Shown here: positions 50,950 through 62,660 of the stretch, piece after piece
Position numbering within the stretch: position 1 is the first letter of the stretch
How the letters are laid out: every line of letters begins with the position of its first letter
Origin: Carcharhinus longimanus
Taxonomy: Eukaryota
Assembly: GCA_030264375.1 (NCBI GenBank)
Contig: JASCQW010000150.1
Location: 21,652,780-21,716,779, forward strand
Direction: 5' to 3'
Length of the DNA stretch: 64,000 nt
Made by a program: the position numbers and the translations under genes
The notes under the pieces: model-generated
The model's database searches: none
The model's input: only the letters and a program-made list of their open reading frames with translations
What the model was told of the DNA's origin: nothing

Positions 50950-52125
50950 CTCCTGTTGGTGTTGCCAAAAAAAACCCTTGGGAAAATGTTACGCCTTGTT
51001 GGAAGAGGTATGGCTGGGTTTTTAACAGCATGCTTTCATGATTACTGCCAGAATGCTCAATTGCATCATGAAAAGCCAATTTTATATTCATGCAACGTCA
51101 GATTTTTCATCGTATTTTTTATAATCCATGTGTTTAAAATATTTTTAAATGTTTACTTATTTTAGTTCCTACCTTAATCCAATCATTTATTTCATTATCT
51201 GAAAATTTAAATTAGAAGTAAGAGATAATGTGTTTTAGACTTCACTGTGACTGGATGTTTAAGCTACTGTCTGCTGCTAAAGAATTCAACTGTTGTCAGG
51301 GAAAGGGGAAATCCATGTCACAAAGATGGCTAGATCTTTGCGGGAAGCTTTCTTTTGAGGTTAGCAGTGATGCGGCTGCATTGCAGCTGACCAAAAGATC
51401 TAGGCCGTAATGTCAGGAGATTTCATTTGTTGGTTGTTACCTTGTAATGCATGTGGAGATGTTTAAAGCTGGGTACTTGTTATATTCTGGGTTGCAGTAC
51501 TTTTGGGGGCAATAGTTTTCATAACATTGCATAATCAGGCATTTTTCTAAGGTGCTGAAAAACACATCACTCTTTTTAAAATTTTGAGCAGTGGACAATA
51601 GATGTGAATTAAAGACTATATTCGCAGGATCACTATAACATTTAAGAATAGTATGTTGATCAGATTTTGCATTACTTGAAAGTAAGCTTCTATGCTGTCC
51701 TAACATGGTGCAGGTTCTGATGCCCTGGTTTTAAAAATAAAACAATATATCTGATCTAACTACTCCATCTGTTTGTAACTGTAGGCAGAAATGCAATTGT
51801 TTTTCCCTCCTTTTTAAAAGAAAATGACATTTTAAAATGTCATTTAAACACAAGATGTTGCCCATCGTTAACTTTAAGTTTGCTTAGCAAAATTAACTGC
51901 TACATTCTTGTTGCCACATTTAGATATGCAAGTATTACTTGTGTATTGGGATATCCCAGTGTTTAAGAAATAAAAGACAATAAATGCATGTTTCTGGGTA
52001 ATTTTTTTAAGAATAAGAGTTTGGTGTGGTTTATCTGAGTTTCAGATGCATCTGTTATCTTAACATAAAATATTTACTGTATTTACCTGCTGGGTTTCCT
52101 GTTAATGTATCTATTCTGGTTTTAG

Positions 52126-52190
52126 CTAACAGAGGAAGCTCAGCTGGCAGCCCACAAACCTGTGATGCACTGGGAAAGGCTCTAGCCTCG
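52126..52190 (+). CDS. TCF3: E-protein exon (approx. exon 12): TNRGSSAGSPQTCDALGKALAS
   Basis: ttttag| acceptor, TCG|gtaagc donor; 65 nt, phase 1 to 0; DALGKALAS motif. Confidence 0.96.
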
Positions 52191-52437
52191 GTAAGCTTGC
52201 ATAATAAGTCATTTTAAAATAAGGATTTAATTCGCAGTCTTTAATTAACATGAACCCAGCTTATTGCCGGATTAGAATTATGTACGCAGCCAAATTTAGA
52301 ACGTTTGGAATGTTTATTGACAATGTTTCAGGTACCAGTGCTGAGTGAATTCCACTTCTAAAGACAAGTGTAATTAAGTGAATAGTCTTTATATTAGAAA
52401 AGAATAACTTCATTTTGGGCCTCATTCTATTTTCCAG

Positions 52438-52516
52438 ATCTATTCACCAGATCACACCAGCAATAACTTCCATTCAAATCCTTCAACACCAGTTGGGTCC
52501 CCACAGGCAATTGCAG
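52438..52516 (+). CDS. TCF3: E-protein exon (approx. exon 13): [26 protein letters not shown]
   Basis: ttccag| acceptor, CAG|gtatgt donor; 79 nt, phase 0 to 1; [14 protein letters not shown] (AD2 loop region). Confidence 0.97.
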
Positions 52517-52714
52517 GTATGTATGCTTTGTTTTTCCCATGGTCTGAGATTCACACATTCATTTTCAGCAATGTTAAGGTTAGCACCTGTCCAAATTGTT
52601 GAGTTGTAAATATGTATATACTGTTGTTCCATTTATGTTTGAGCATGATGGTACTATTGCACCATCCAGTGTTCAAAATTAAAATTGCAGTAATGATATA
52701 AAATGGGATATGTT

Positions 52715-53100
52715 TCTTCATTCATGAGAGGTGGGGTGCATTGGCAAGGCCACCATTTAATCTCCCTAATTGTCTGAGAAAATGGTGAACCGCCGCAAAC
52801 CATGCAGAGATAGCACTCCCACAATGCTGTTAGCGAGGGCTTTTGAGGATTTTTGACCTAAAACAGTGATGTTACCAAATCTGGATGGTGCATGAGGCTG
52901 TTCTTCTCCCTGGTAGAAATTGTAGGTTTAGAAAGTGCTCTCAGAAAAGCCTTGGCTGTTGCTACAGCGCATCTTGTAGATGGAATGCCCTGCAACCATT
53001 TGTGTGCTGTTGGTGGAAGGAGTGAATGTTTGAGGTGCTGGTTGGGAATACGATGTAGTGCAATCACTGGAAGTTCTAGGGTTTGGGAGTGGATCCAATG
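52715..53100 (-). mobile_element. CR1-like LINE 3' fragment
   Basis: Homologous to 24800-25200. Confidence 0.65.
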
Positions 53101-53187
53101 AGAATTAATCAAACAGGATTTTTTTAAGATTGTTTAATTGACGTTGAATAAAATGCAGCTTCACTGGTTTTCATTGTCATTTTATAG

Positions 53188-53261
53188 GTACAGGTCAGTG
53201 GTCTAGATCTGGAGGCCAAGGTGCATTATCGCCGAATTATGAAGGGACAGTACATAACCTG
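53188..53261 (+). CDS. TCF3: E-protein exon (approx. exon 14): GTGQWSRSGGQGALSPNYEGTVHNL
   Basis: ttatag| acceptor, CTG|gtagga donor; 74 nt, phase 1 to 0. Confidence 0.95.
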
Positions 53262-53894
53262 GTAGGATTTTCACACTTCCTTTGTATTTCAATTTGCAAA
53301 TTATAATCTAGATAGCATCAATTTTAATTCCTTTCCATACCTTCACTAAAGACCCACGCAAAAGTAATTTTTGGGGGGGAAAATAGTTTGGTACTTTTGT
53401 CAGCACTTGAGGCTTTTGTTCAGTCTATGTTTTTAATTGAATTCCTGTTGACTGTGCACTGAGCAATAAAACAAATTTCTACATCAATTTCTTTTGTGAT
53501 AACTTGGTTTTGTGGCATGTATTATGCTGCAATTGTCACCTTTTCCATTTAACTCAGACATGAGAGAGCCATTGAAGTGGGTGGCCCATTGAGTTATTTG
53601 AGTGCTGTCGTTCAGTTAAATCAATGACTAGTGTACACCATTTATTTACCCACTTTTTGCACCATGTCCCGTGACACTCTTAATCTATTAGTCTAGAAAA
53701 TGTTAATAGTATTTTGGGGAATAGTGTTCTAGATTTCCAATACTGTATGTGGAATACATGCTTCTCACTTTCAGACCCAAGTATCCTAGATCTAATTTTA
53801 AGATTTTGTGCCCTTGTTCTGGATTCCCCAGTGAAAATTGTATCTGTTCCATTGAATCCCATTACAATTTTATACCCCTACCCCTTCAAAATGA

Positions 53895-54612
53895 TGTTAG
53901 TAAAACTGAAGCCATTCATTTGGGTTCCAGCCAGCAACCCAGAGGTGCTATGATGGGTTACCTGCGATCTCCCAAGCTACTATTTCGTGTTTAGCAGTGC
54001 CCAGCTTGGCCCTGACCTGAGCTTCCTTCAATGCATGTTTCTATCATCTCCAAAATATGTCCTATATTCAACCTTGCTTCTTTCTACTTTTGATGCACTA
54101 GCCCAAATTTTGTCACCTTATCGCTTGCTGCCTTAAATGCCCTCTTTGCTGACCTCTTGCCTTTATCCTCCATAAACTGCAGTTTATCTCCAAGAATACA
54201 ATATCTTCTACATCCTTTTCTTTCCAAACTCCACTAGCTTCCTATGTTTCGTTGTTATCAGAACCTCGTGCTCAAAACTATCCACTTCCAGGCTCCACCT
54301 TGCCTCTATAATGTCTGTTGTGTGGACCTTGGATGAATGATGTTTTGGCACTCAACTAATGTTTATTTTTCATTCTCTGTTTCTTCCACATTACTGTTCC
54401 TTGAGCTGTATCTTCCCCCCTGTCCCAAAGAACTGTGCCTTAAAATTGCTCATCTTAACCACCTCCTTTCCTGTTTTCATATGTTTTAAAACCTTTTTCT
54501 TTTGTGTGCTTGCACCTTTCTTGACATTTCATTTTCTGCTTGATGCCCACCGTTTTATCAAATACTCAGACTTGCTGTACCTTTTCATGAGTGTAATGTG
54601 AAACAAGTTGTG
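53895..54612 (+). mobile_element. Decayed L2-type LINE 3' portion
   Basis: SKTEAIHLGS motif; pyrimidine-rich L2-like 3' region. Confidence 0.5.
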
Positions 54613-56327
54613 TTAACCTCTTGTCACTTGACTATTCTGTGCTTTGTGATGTTGGCTAAATTGGATTGAAGGAAATCTAACGAGTAAATGGAACTCTGCT
54701 TCATGGAAGCCTGTTTTTACTGGTGATAGATCTTTGTTAATTCGGACCGGGTGGGATGGAGGGGTGGATTTAAGTTCTGTTATGTTTATTGTCCCTTTAA
54801 TTCTTAAATAAGTTCACATTTTGCTACCCTGCTTTTAGGAGTTTCTACCTTGCAAAACCAATTCATGTTAATAAAAGTTTTTCTATGTTTGTGAAAGATG
54901 TCAACTCAGTAATATAAAACCTACTGGTGGGTACTTAGTGTCTATCATGATTTTGTATTCGCTTTGAAGTGAAGGAAGTGGTTCCTCGCATGAGGATCTT
55001 GCTTTTAAACAGCCTGAACTAAAAATTGTCAACAAGCCAAACGTGATCTGTCTTGCCAGTGAACTTTTTGTAGTTAGGAAAGGAACACTACTTAATCCTA
55101 TTTTCTTTGCTTCTGAAGGCACTGTGTTTTGCTGGAATATAGGTCCACAGGTGCTAGCAGCCTTCTGGTGCCTACTTGGGTTTCTATTCTGTGATGCAAG
55201 TTTAGATTTTTGTCTTGGATTGGAGGCTGAGGTTGCTCCAGCTGAGACTGGATAGCTCAGCAGGAATCAAACTGGGGACCTTCAAACCTGTTCAGTTTTC
55301 ACCTTGCCCAGCAGTGCTTTTTACTGAAAAGGAGTTGAAATTCTCTATTTGCCAGTTAGTGTCAGTAACTCTCCTGGCCATTATCCTGTTTCCATATTTC
55401 AGGCCCCTGCTTTGGCATTCCCTCTTGTGTTCCTGTCAGATATGGGGCTAACAACCTGACAGCTGCTCTGGGAGCACATTACCTGCATAATTCTGAATCA
55501 CTTAAGTGTACTCAAAATACTTAGTTTTGCTTAAATGGCATTGTGGTTTCACCCAATTGTTGGTATCTTTATCTCCTATGCTGTACATAAAGAAATGTAA
55601 AAGGATTATTGTGCTGAAGCTTCAAATATCATCCCAAGTTTCACAAGCAATATCATAGCCCTATTCACAAAATGCAATTCTGCAATCTGATGTGAAGTTC
55701 TCGTCGTTATGGGTCCTTCATGTTAAAGGAGTTTTTAAAAATTTATTTTTAATTGTTTGCCTTTGTCCCTCCTGAGGATAGCTCTGAGTGTTTTGTATTT
55801 CTAGAAATTTTAATCCGCAAATATAGTTCCATACAGTGACTGACGCAACCGATTTAACTTTGTGCCATATTCTACTGGATAAACTAACTTGGGAGCAGAG
55901 GAAGAAAATCTCAACTAATTTCTGCCCTCTTCTCCATGATCCCCAAAACTGGCATGATTTCAAGGTGGAAATCCTTGTGACTGACCTGAGCAAAAGCATT
56001 GTTTTGCCTGTTTTTTTAATGATCATTGGAACAACAGGAAGAACTTTTATTCGTATAGCATTTTTCACAACCTCAATCTCTCAAATCACTTTACAAATCA
56101 GTGAGGTACTCTTCAGATATCGCTGGCGCCCAGTTAGGAAACTTGTACATCAGTAGTAATGGAATGGTTGCAAAATTCCTTAAATATTGCATTTCAATTA
56201 AGTGAAATATTTGATCATTTATCGTTGCCAAATTCTTTCCAAGTGTTGAAGTAAAATTAAGCTGTGTTCTGCAATTGATGTTTTACTCAAAAAAAAAACT
56301 TTGAGCACTTCCTTTCTTTCCAAGCAG

Positions 56328-56531
56328 CAGAGTAAAATGGAGGATCGACTAGACCGACTGGACGACGCTATCCATGTGCTGCGAAGTCATGCTGTTGGGT
56401 CAGCAACTGCCATGCCTGGTAGCCATGGTGACTTGCACGTATTAATAGGACCATCACACAATGGCCCAGTTGGAGGTATAGGCCCAGGATTTACGCCCCC
56501 AGTGCTGATGTCAGCCAACAGACATTCAATG
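56328..56531 (+). CDS. TCF3: E-protein exon (approx. exon 15): [24 protein letters not shown]...SANRHSM (AD2 helix)
   Basis: Tandem aag-cag-cag acceptors (start 56325, 56328 or 56331), ATG|gtgaga donor; phase 0 to 0. Confidence 0.95.
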
Positions 56532-57048
56532 GTGAGAGTTGTTGTAATAATGTTAACATTCACAATATCTATTCCAGGTGAGACTTTATAACCAATAGGA
56601 CTTGAAGGTTAATTCTTTGTCCTAGTCATTCACCTTTTTAAAAAGTGCAAAAATTAGATTAGTTCCACTTAGTTGTTTTATAGAACTNNNNNNNNNNNNN
56701 NNNNNNNNNNNNNNNNNNNNNNNNNNNNNNNNNNNNNNNNNNNNNNNNNNNNNNNNNNNNNNNNNNNNNNNNNNNNNNNNNNNNNNNNNNNNNNNNNNNN
56801 NNNNNNCCACTGAGCTGTTCCAGTGGCCTATGTCACAGTGAAAGCCTTGTCCTTGAATTCTGTCTGTAGCAGTGTTCAGAAAGAAATGCTCTTGGGTTGC
56901 TGCTTGATTTTCTAAATTTGGCAGTTAAATTGAAACCGTGAAAGATCTTGCAGATCGTTTTTGAAAGCAATTTCTTTGCTTCTGTTTTTAACTTTGTGTT
57001 GTCATTTAGGTTGAGACATGGAATAATTAGAACCACAGTCAACTAGAG

Positions 57049-57700
57049 CAATGGTTCCCAACCAGTGTGCTGCGAAATATGTTTTAATTCAAAATTCATG
57101 TAATTAAACTAACCTTCATCTTCAGCTGTGGTCGGTATCTCCAAGACCCAAAGAATCTTGGGCCTCTTGCGCACGTGCCAGCTGGGAAAGAGCTACACAT
57201 TCGCAGTTTAGAGTTTTTATGTTGATCAGGCCCACGCGCAGGACTTGGAGCATAAGGCAAAGGTCCTGCGTGCCCATACAAAAAGTGCAAACTCAAAAGG
57301 ATGCAAAAACCCTGGGAGAAGTGAGTGTAAGAAGTTTCACAGCACCAGGTTAAAATACAACAGGTTTATTTGGCAGCACAATCTTTTTGGAATCTCGGGT
57401 TCCTTCTTCACCTGAACAAACCTGAAGGAGGAGCATGAGACTCAAAGCTTGTGCTGTCAAATAAACCTGTTGGACTTTAACCTGGTGTTGAAAGACTTCT
57501 TACTGTGCTTACCCCAGTCCAATGCCGGTATCTCCACATCAGAAGTAAGAGAGACAGGGAAAGGTTAACAAATAGGCAAAAGGACAGGGAGAAGTTAAAA
57601 ATGAAGTTCTCAGCAAGGGAAGAAGACAAAAGATAGGTGTTCCTCAAATATTTTACAGTATAGGGGTATGCCGTAACATACAAAAGATTGAGAACCACTG
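57049..57700. mobile_element. Non-autonomous hAT (Charlie-like) DNA transposon
   Basis: TIRs CAATGGTTCCCAACC and GATTGAGAACCACTG; 8-bp TSD aactagag/gactagag with central TA. Confidence 0.8.
57322..57541. mobile_element. Family A Penelope-type inverted-repeat element nested in the hAT element
   Basis: Inverted arms plus one-sided extension ttaccccagtccaatgccggtatctccacatca, complementary to 14847-14880. Confidence 0.8.
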
Positions 57701-58369
57701 GACTAGAGTTCCACCACCCATAGTAAATCATTGCTTGTGTTAACCATTGCCAGAAGTCAAATTCAAATTTGCACAACCAGCAAATAAACAAGAAACACCC
57801 TGTAACTTCCTACAATGTGCAGTGTTCCAAACTGTCAAGGAAGGCATACTGTAAATATTTGACCCAAGCTAACCAGCTGAGTATTTGTCTAAATATAGAA
57901 TCAGTGGCAACTGTAAAATAATTTATTCTGTTTGTTTTTTTACTTTTACCCCATTCTTAAAAGTTACAACGCCAATGCACGGAGCAAACTGAGGAAGCCC
58001 TTAATCCGTGATCTTGTTTGCTCCAAAAACCAATTCAAATTGAATCCAATTCATGGTCCCCACAATAGACACACAAGATCCAAGCTGACAGAAAAGGCCG
58101 TGCATCTCAGCTTGGGTTTGATCGGACCCTTGACTAGGCCAAAAGGCAAAGAAGTGCACGCCCATCAGGTGATCATGGTTCACGCCTTGTTTTTAGGATG
58201 ACTTGTGATAAAACTAGATTCTTATCTATTAAGTGGGACCGGTTTGTGTGGTGATCCAGTTAGGAAACTGGCTTACTTTAGATTAAATACACTAATCACT
58301 CATCTGAACATATTTCAATTATACACATTTATTACAGCTACTGCTGCAGTTCATTTAGCTCCTAAAATT

Positions 58370-58690
58370 AGAGACAAGCATTTGCACTTGTATAACACCG
58401 TTCGTGAGCTTAATACATTAGTCAGATTCTTTTTTGGGTTTTAGTCTCTGTTATAAAGAGAATAGCAGCCAAGTTACACACACAGTTTCCATAAACAGCA
58501 AATAAACAGATTATCTTTTTTAATTGGCATCGGTCGAAGGGTACATATTGGCCAGGATACAAGGAGAACGTGCCTGCTATTTGAATAATGCCATGTGATC
58601 TTTTACTTCTAAGATGGCAGGTGCAACTTTGGATTAAGGTTTCATCTGAATAACAGCAGCACTGGTAATACAGCGCTCCCTCAGCACTGC
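58370..58690 (-). mobile_element. DeuSINE, decayed
   Basis: atattggccagga...aatgccatgtgatcttttac...ggtttcatctgaa is the reverse complement of the Deu-like core. Confidence 0.65.
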
Positions 58691-58836
58691 ATAATTTTTA
58701 CATAGTTCTGCAGTGCTTTGTTAGATTCCACAAGCCTGTTAACATTTCTTCTTGTATGAAGGTTTTCCTTTTAATGTCCTTTGCTCAACGCTCAGATAAT
58801 GCAATACTTTATTCCTTAATCTCATTGCTTTTGCAG

Positions 58837-58957
58837 GTTGGAGCTCATGAAGAAGGCTCAGGAATATCTAGTAATGCTAGTGTTCTGCCTAACCGTGCAC
58901 TGCCATCACAGTCCACTGCACTGTCAGACTTGAACCGACCACAAGAAACCTATAGTG
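58837..58957 (+). CDS. TCF3: E-protein exon (approx. exon 16): VGAHEEGSGISSNASVLPNRALPSQSTALSDLNRPQETYS
   Basis: ttgcag| acceptor, GTG|gttagt donor; 121 nt, phase 0 to 1. Confidence 0.94.
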
Positions 58958-60014
58958 GTTAGTATGGGCACATCTTAATATAAAAGCTTGCATTGCTTCA
59001 AAGAAATAAGTACACAATGTAAATATCAAATAATTTGTAAACTGGCAGGAGCCTCACTCTGATGCAAATTGAAGTTACGTTAATGAGTCATCATCTGGTG
59101 TTACTAAGCTGAGCTGTGCAGTTAGGGGGTGATGCAAAGATCAATTGATTTAATACATGATGGTGGAGTCCCTATGGGCAGCATCCAGCTTTTGCACTAG
59201 TTATAGAGCAGCATTGGAGATCTGAAGAGGAGAATTCACATTTTAAGCATCATGTCCTGCACTGAATGAAAACGCAGTGCATGAATAGTTGGCTCAATAC
59301 AGTTAAAAGGATACAGTAACAAAGATTGTTAGCCAATGATATTGCATTGTGATATCTTCCCAATCAAATTGTTCTGATATTTCGTAGAAAATAACAGCTT
59401 ACTTGTAATTTTGTTGAATAAATTATTGAAGACAGCTGTATGGGATGGTCTTTTGATGAGCTTCAGGCGATTTAACTCCTGCTTGAGAGGCATTTAATAG
59501 AAATGAAAGTGTAATAATGTTTTTTCTCTACCCCTTCCTTCCCTAAATTTGCTTTGAAAGATGCGCTGAAAGCTTTCTCCTGGGATCTGGGGTAGCCATG
59601 GTGTTGGGTTTTCCTGTAGAAACGGACAGTATAAAAAGCACCAGGGTGCGTAAATGGAGAAGAGCCTGGTTAAACAAAGACAGGCTTCAGAAAGACATGT
59701 TTTTGGAAGAGCATAAAAGTCTTTGTAGAATTGGTGGCACTTCTCCATTTATGCAACCTTGATTAATTAAACAGAATTGTCTTGTCCCACCAATTCTGCG
59801 CTGGTGTATTTATGTAGCCATTTTGTGCTCAACTAGCTGCATTCTAACTAACACTTGGCCATATGTCTAACAGAGGATTTACAAGTAATTCTCTTTTAAA
59901 TTGATATAATCTCATAAATTAGCTTGACTCTTTCAGCAAATCAAAAGGATGTACTAGCAATTTTTATTAAGATTGCACAACTGTACTTGTGCAACCACGA
60001 TACTTAATTCGCAT

Positions 60015-60190
60015 CAAAAATAGAAAATGCTGTGGAAAGAGAACAGAGCTAACACTGAGTCTGGGTGACCCTTCGTCAGACTCAAAACATTAGTTCTGTT
60101 CTCCCTCTAGATGCTCGTCAGGCCTACTGAGATTTTTCGGCATTTTGTTTTTGTTTCTGATTCCAGCATCCACGGTAATTTGCTTTTGCT
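60015..60190. repeat. Family C inverted-repeat element
   Basis: gagaacagagctaac / attagttctgttctc arms; minus strand CTGACGA-AGGGTC remnant. Confidence 0.7.
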
Positions 60191-60491
60191 TTTTAATTTG
60201 CATGCTCTGTAAAAATTGTAGAATGCTAAAGTTCCTTCCGCTGAAATTTCCCATTTGTCAAATGGAACTTGTAAAATTAATTTCAAAGTTGAAATGCCTT
60301 TAAATGATGGACAGGAACCATTTTAGTTTTTAAGTTACTAAGTGGTCACACTTCTAAAGTTTGCCCAAATCGGAATCCATACCAAATGCTCTTTATAAAT
60401 CAATTTATGATGTACCCATTTCTCCTGTTGTTAAATTAGTAGTTAATCCCAACAGTGTGAGTTTCTTTTCATTTGTCGCACCCTATCATAG

Positions 60492-60654
60492 GAATGACCG
60501 GTGGTCTGCAGAGATCAAGTGTTAGTCAGTCTAGCGCCGACATTAAACGAGAAGACAAGGAGGAGGATGAAAATCACAATTCCTCAGGTTCGGAAGACAA
60601 GTCAGAAGATGAGAGGAAAGATTCCAAAATGTCGTCACGGGCATCAAGAACAAG
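60492..60654 (+). CDS. TCF3: E-protein exon (approx. exon 17): GMTGGLQRSSVSQSSADIKREDKEEDEN...SSRASRT
   Basis: tcatag| acceptor, AAG|gtactg donor; 163 nt, phase 1 to 2, the phase expected before the bHLH exon. Confidence 0.95.
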
Positions 60655-60943
60655 GTACTGATTTATTGCCCTGGAATACTTTCCCAAGTTTCTGACCTGG
60701 AGTAATTCTCCTTAAAAGCTACACAATCATATTTCGCTATACTCTGCTTTATAAATTTATAATTGATTCATTTATTCACTGTTGCATAGAAATATGGAAG
60801 CTACAAATTGAGCTTCTTAGCTTTTGTCCTCCACAGTAAATGAAAATTTGTGGAAAATTTAGATAAAGTTGGCAAGGCACTGATATCTACTTTGGCCACG
60901 TGTATTTTCTGACCAAGGCAATTGACACTTTGGCAGTAACATT

Positions 60944-61075
60944 GGCCAAAATTCTCCAGCCGTTCTTACCTGCAGCTGCAAGCGAGGATGGAGAATTTGG
61001 CACTCAGCCAAATCTACGTACACTGCAGTGGGACCAGAGAATCCCACTGCCGTGAACGGCTGGAGAATTCTGGCC
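60944..61075. mobile_element. 132-bp MITE, PIF/Harbinger-like
   Basis: 22-bp TIRs matching at 21/22 (GGCCAAAATTCTCCAGCCGTTC); 3-bp direct repeat ATT on both sides. Confidence 0.8.
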
Positions 61076-61107
61076 ATTGTTTTGTAGCAATTCAAATGTT
61101 AACAAAA

Positions 61108-61293
61108 GTCCAGAGATGTGCGGGTTAGGTTGATTGGCCATGCTGAAGTTGCCCCTTAGTGTCCTGAGATGTGTAGGTTAGAGAAATTAATGGGCAAATA
61201 TATAGGGATATGGGGGTAGGGCCTGGGTGGGATTGTGGTCTGTGCAGACACAATGGGCCGAATGGCCTCTTTCTGTACTGTAGGGTTTCTATA
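61108..61293 (+). mobile_element. HE1 SINE, 5'-truncated
   Basis: gtcc.gagatgtgcgggttaggttgattggcc ... ctgtagggtttcta. Confidence 0.85.
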
Positions 61294-62429
61294 ATTTGGC
61301 AAAATTGTCACGGGGTAAAATAGTGTCACTTATGTAATAGTATGTCAAACCACTCCCAATAACTTTTTTTAAATTATTGCAAATTCATAAAAGGTGTTAT
61401 TTTGTACTATCAGTGAAACGATGGGTCCATTTTATACATTGTACTCCACAATGAATTGGTGAATATGTATGTTGCATGGAGATCTAAAGATCAGAAAGGT
61501 TTCAGCTTTAGTCACCTGGCAAGTGCTGGCTTGGCAGATTATCCAGTATTCCTTGATTTAATATCTGAATTATAAACATTGGCTGATACAAGAGTCACAG
61601 ATCTTATGATTTTTTTCATTCTCCATCTTCTGTCATTTCTACACTAAGTTCCTTCTGTTAAGCATGAGGAATATTTCTAATTCTATAATTTGGAATTTCT
61701 AAATTCAGTCTTGTGCTTGATACTAAAGAATTATAAAACTCTAGCTGAGTGTGGCGAATGGAACTAACTCAATTTGCAAAAATTCTATAAGTAAATTGAG
61801 CAGCTTAGAATTAGTTGATCGCCCAGCAAGGTCTGAGCTCTTTCTCTTTGTAGAACTCAACTGGAGCTTTGTAGTTAAGTATTGTGTATGTGGGTTGAAT
61901 GTCAAAATTTTTATGGATCCAACCCACTTGCACATCACCCGATGAGCCTGTTTCTGCCTCCGATATCACCCAGCATGAAATAGTTCATTAGCTATAGTGT
62001 TTTGGGACATTCTGCAATTGTGAAAGATGCTATACAAATGCAATTCCAAGTGAAACCCCAATATCACCAGTGAGAACAGCAAAGCAAAATGTGACCTTGT
62101 CAAGTGAATTATGCTATAATTTCCATAGAGGTGAAAGATAGTATACTGCAATCTGTCCATTTCATTGAAAATCAGCTCAAATGAATAACTCTACTAAGGC
62201 TTTCAGAACATTAAATATGAGGGAGCAGTCAAGACCATAATATTTCCTATGTAATTTAAGTATGAAATATTTTGCTTTTCAACATGAATGAAACTAAATG
62301 CTATTTTGCCTTTGACTTCCATGTGGCATTGAAATATTTCCATTTCTCTTGTTTGTTCAACTTTGACAAATCAATAATTTTAAACTGCCACCTATAGGGA
62401 ATGGGCAAGTATTGCAACAAAAGTCCCTT

Positions 62430-62660
62430 TTGAGACTTGGACTGTTCTAAAGCCGTTAATGTTTTTTCTTGCCTATCGTGAGAATAATCTGGGTGAAGTT
62501 AATTTTCATTCGGAAAATATGAGCTAATAAATGAAAGCAGCACTGATTTGTTAAAGGTGAGTCATTTTGACCAACGATTAAATTCTTTGTTGAAATAATG
62601 GAGAGTGTAGATGAGGATACGGTGGGTTTTGTCTGTTGATTTTCAAAAGAGTATGTGCTA
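62430..62660 (+). mobile_element. CR1 RT fragment
   Basis: Decayed QH.FVKG.S.LTN...DFQK motif. Confidence 0.6.

Larger units (their letters stand above)
336..60654 (+). other. TCF3: Partial E-protein (class I bHLH) gene, most likely TCF3/E2A; 14 internal coding exons, 5' and 3' ends outside the window
   Basis: All exon phases join without stops. TCF3-like motifs: [55 protein letters not shown]. No recognisable HEBAlt-type exon, no TCF12 ankyrin-like exon, no TCF4 RSRS donor extension. E-protein identity is secure; the paralog call is by recalled motifs. Confidence 0.85.

Noticed and set aside
53262-56324. TCF12-type 72-nt ankyrin-like cassette exon; ORFs at 55043, 55718 and 55836
   Set aside because: No similarity to that exon, no paired splice sites and no recognisable domains
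62545-62565. Strong donor AAG|gtgagt (also 25115, 29685, 37090, 46161)
   Set aside because: Lies inside LINE, Penelope or SINE remnants with no matching in-frame acceptor
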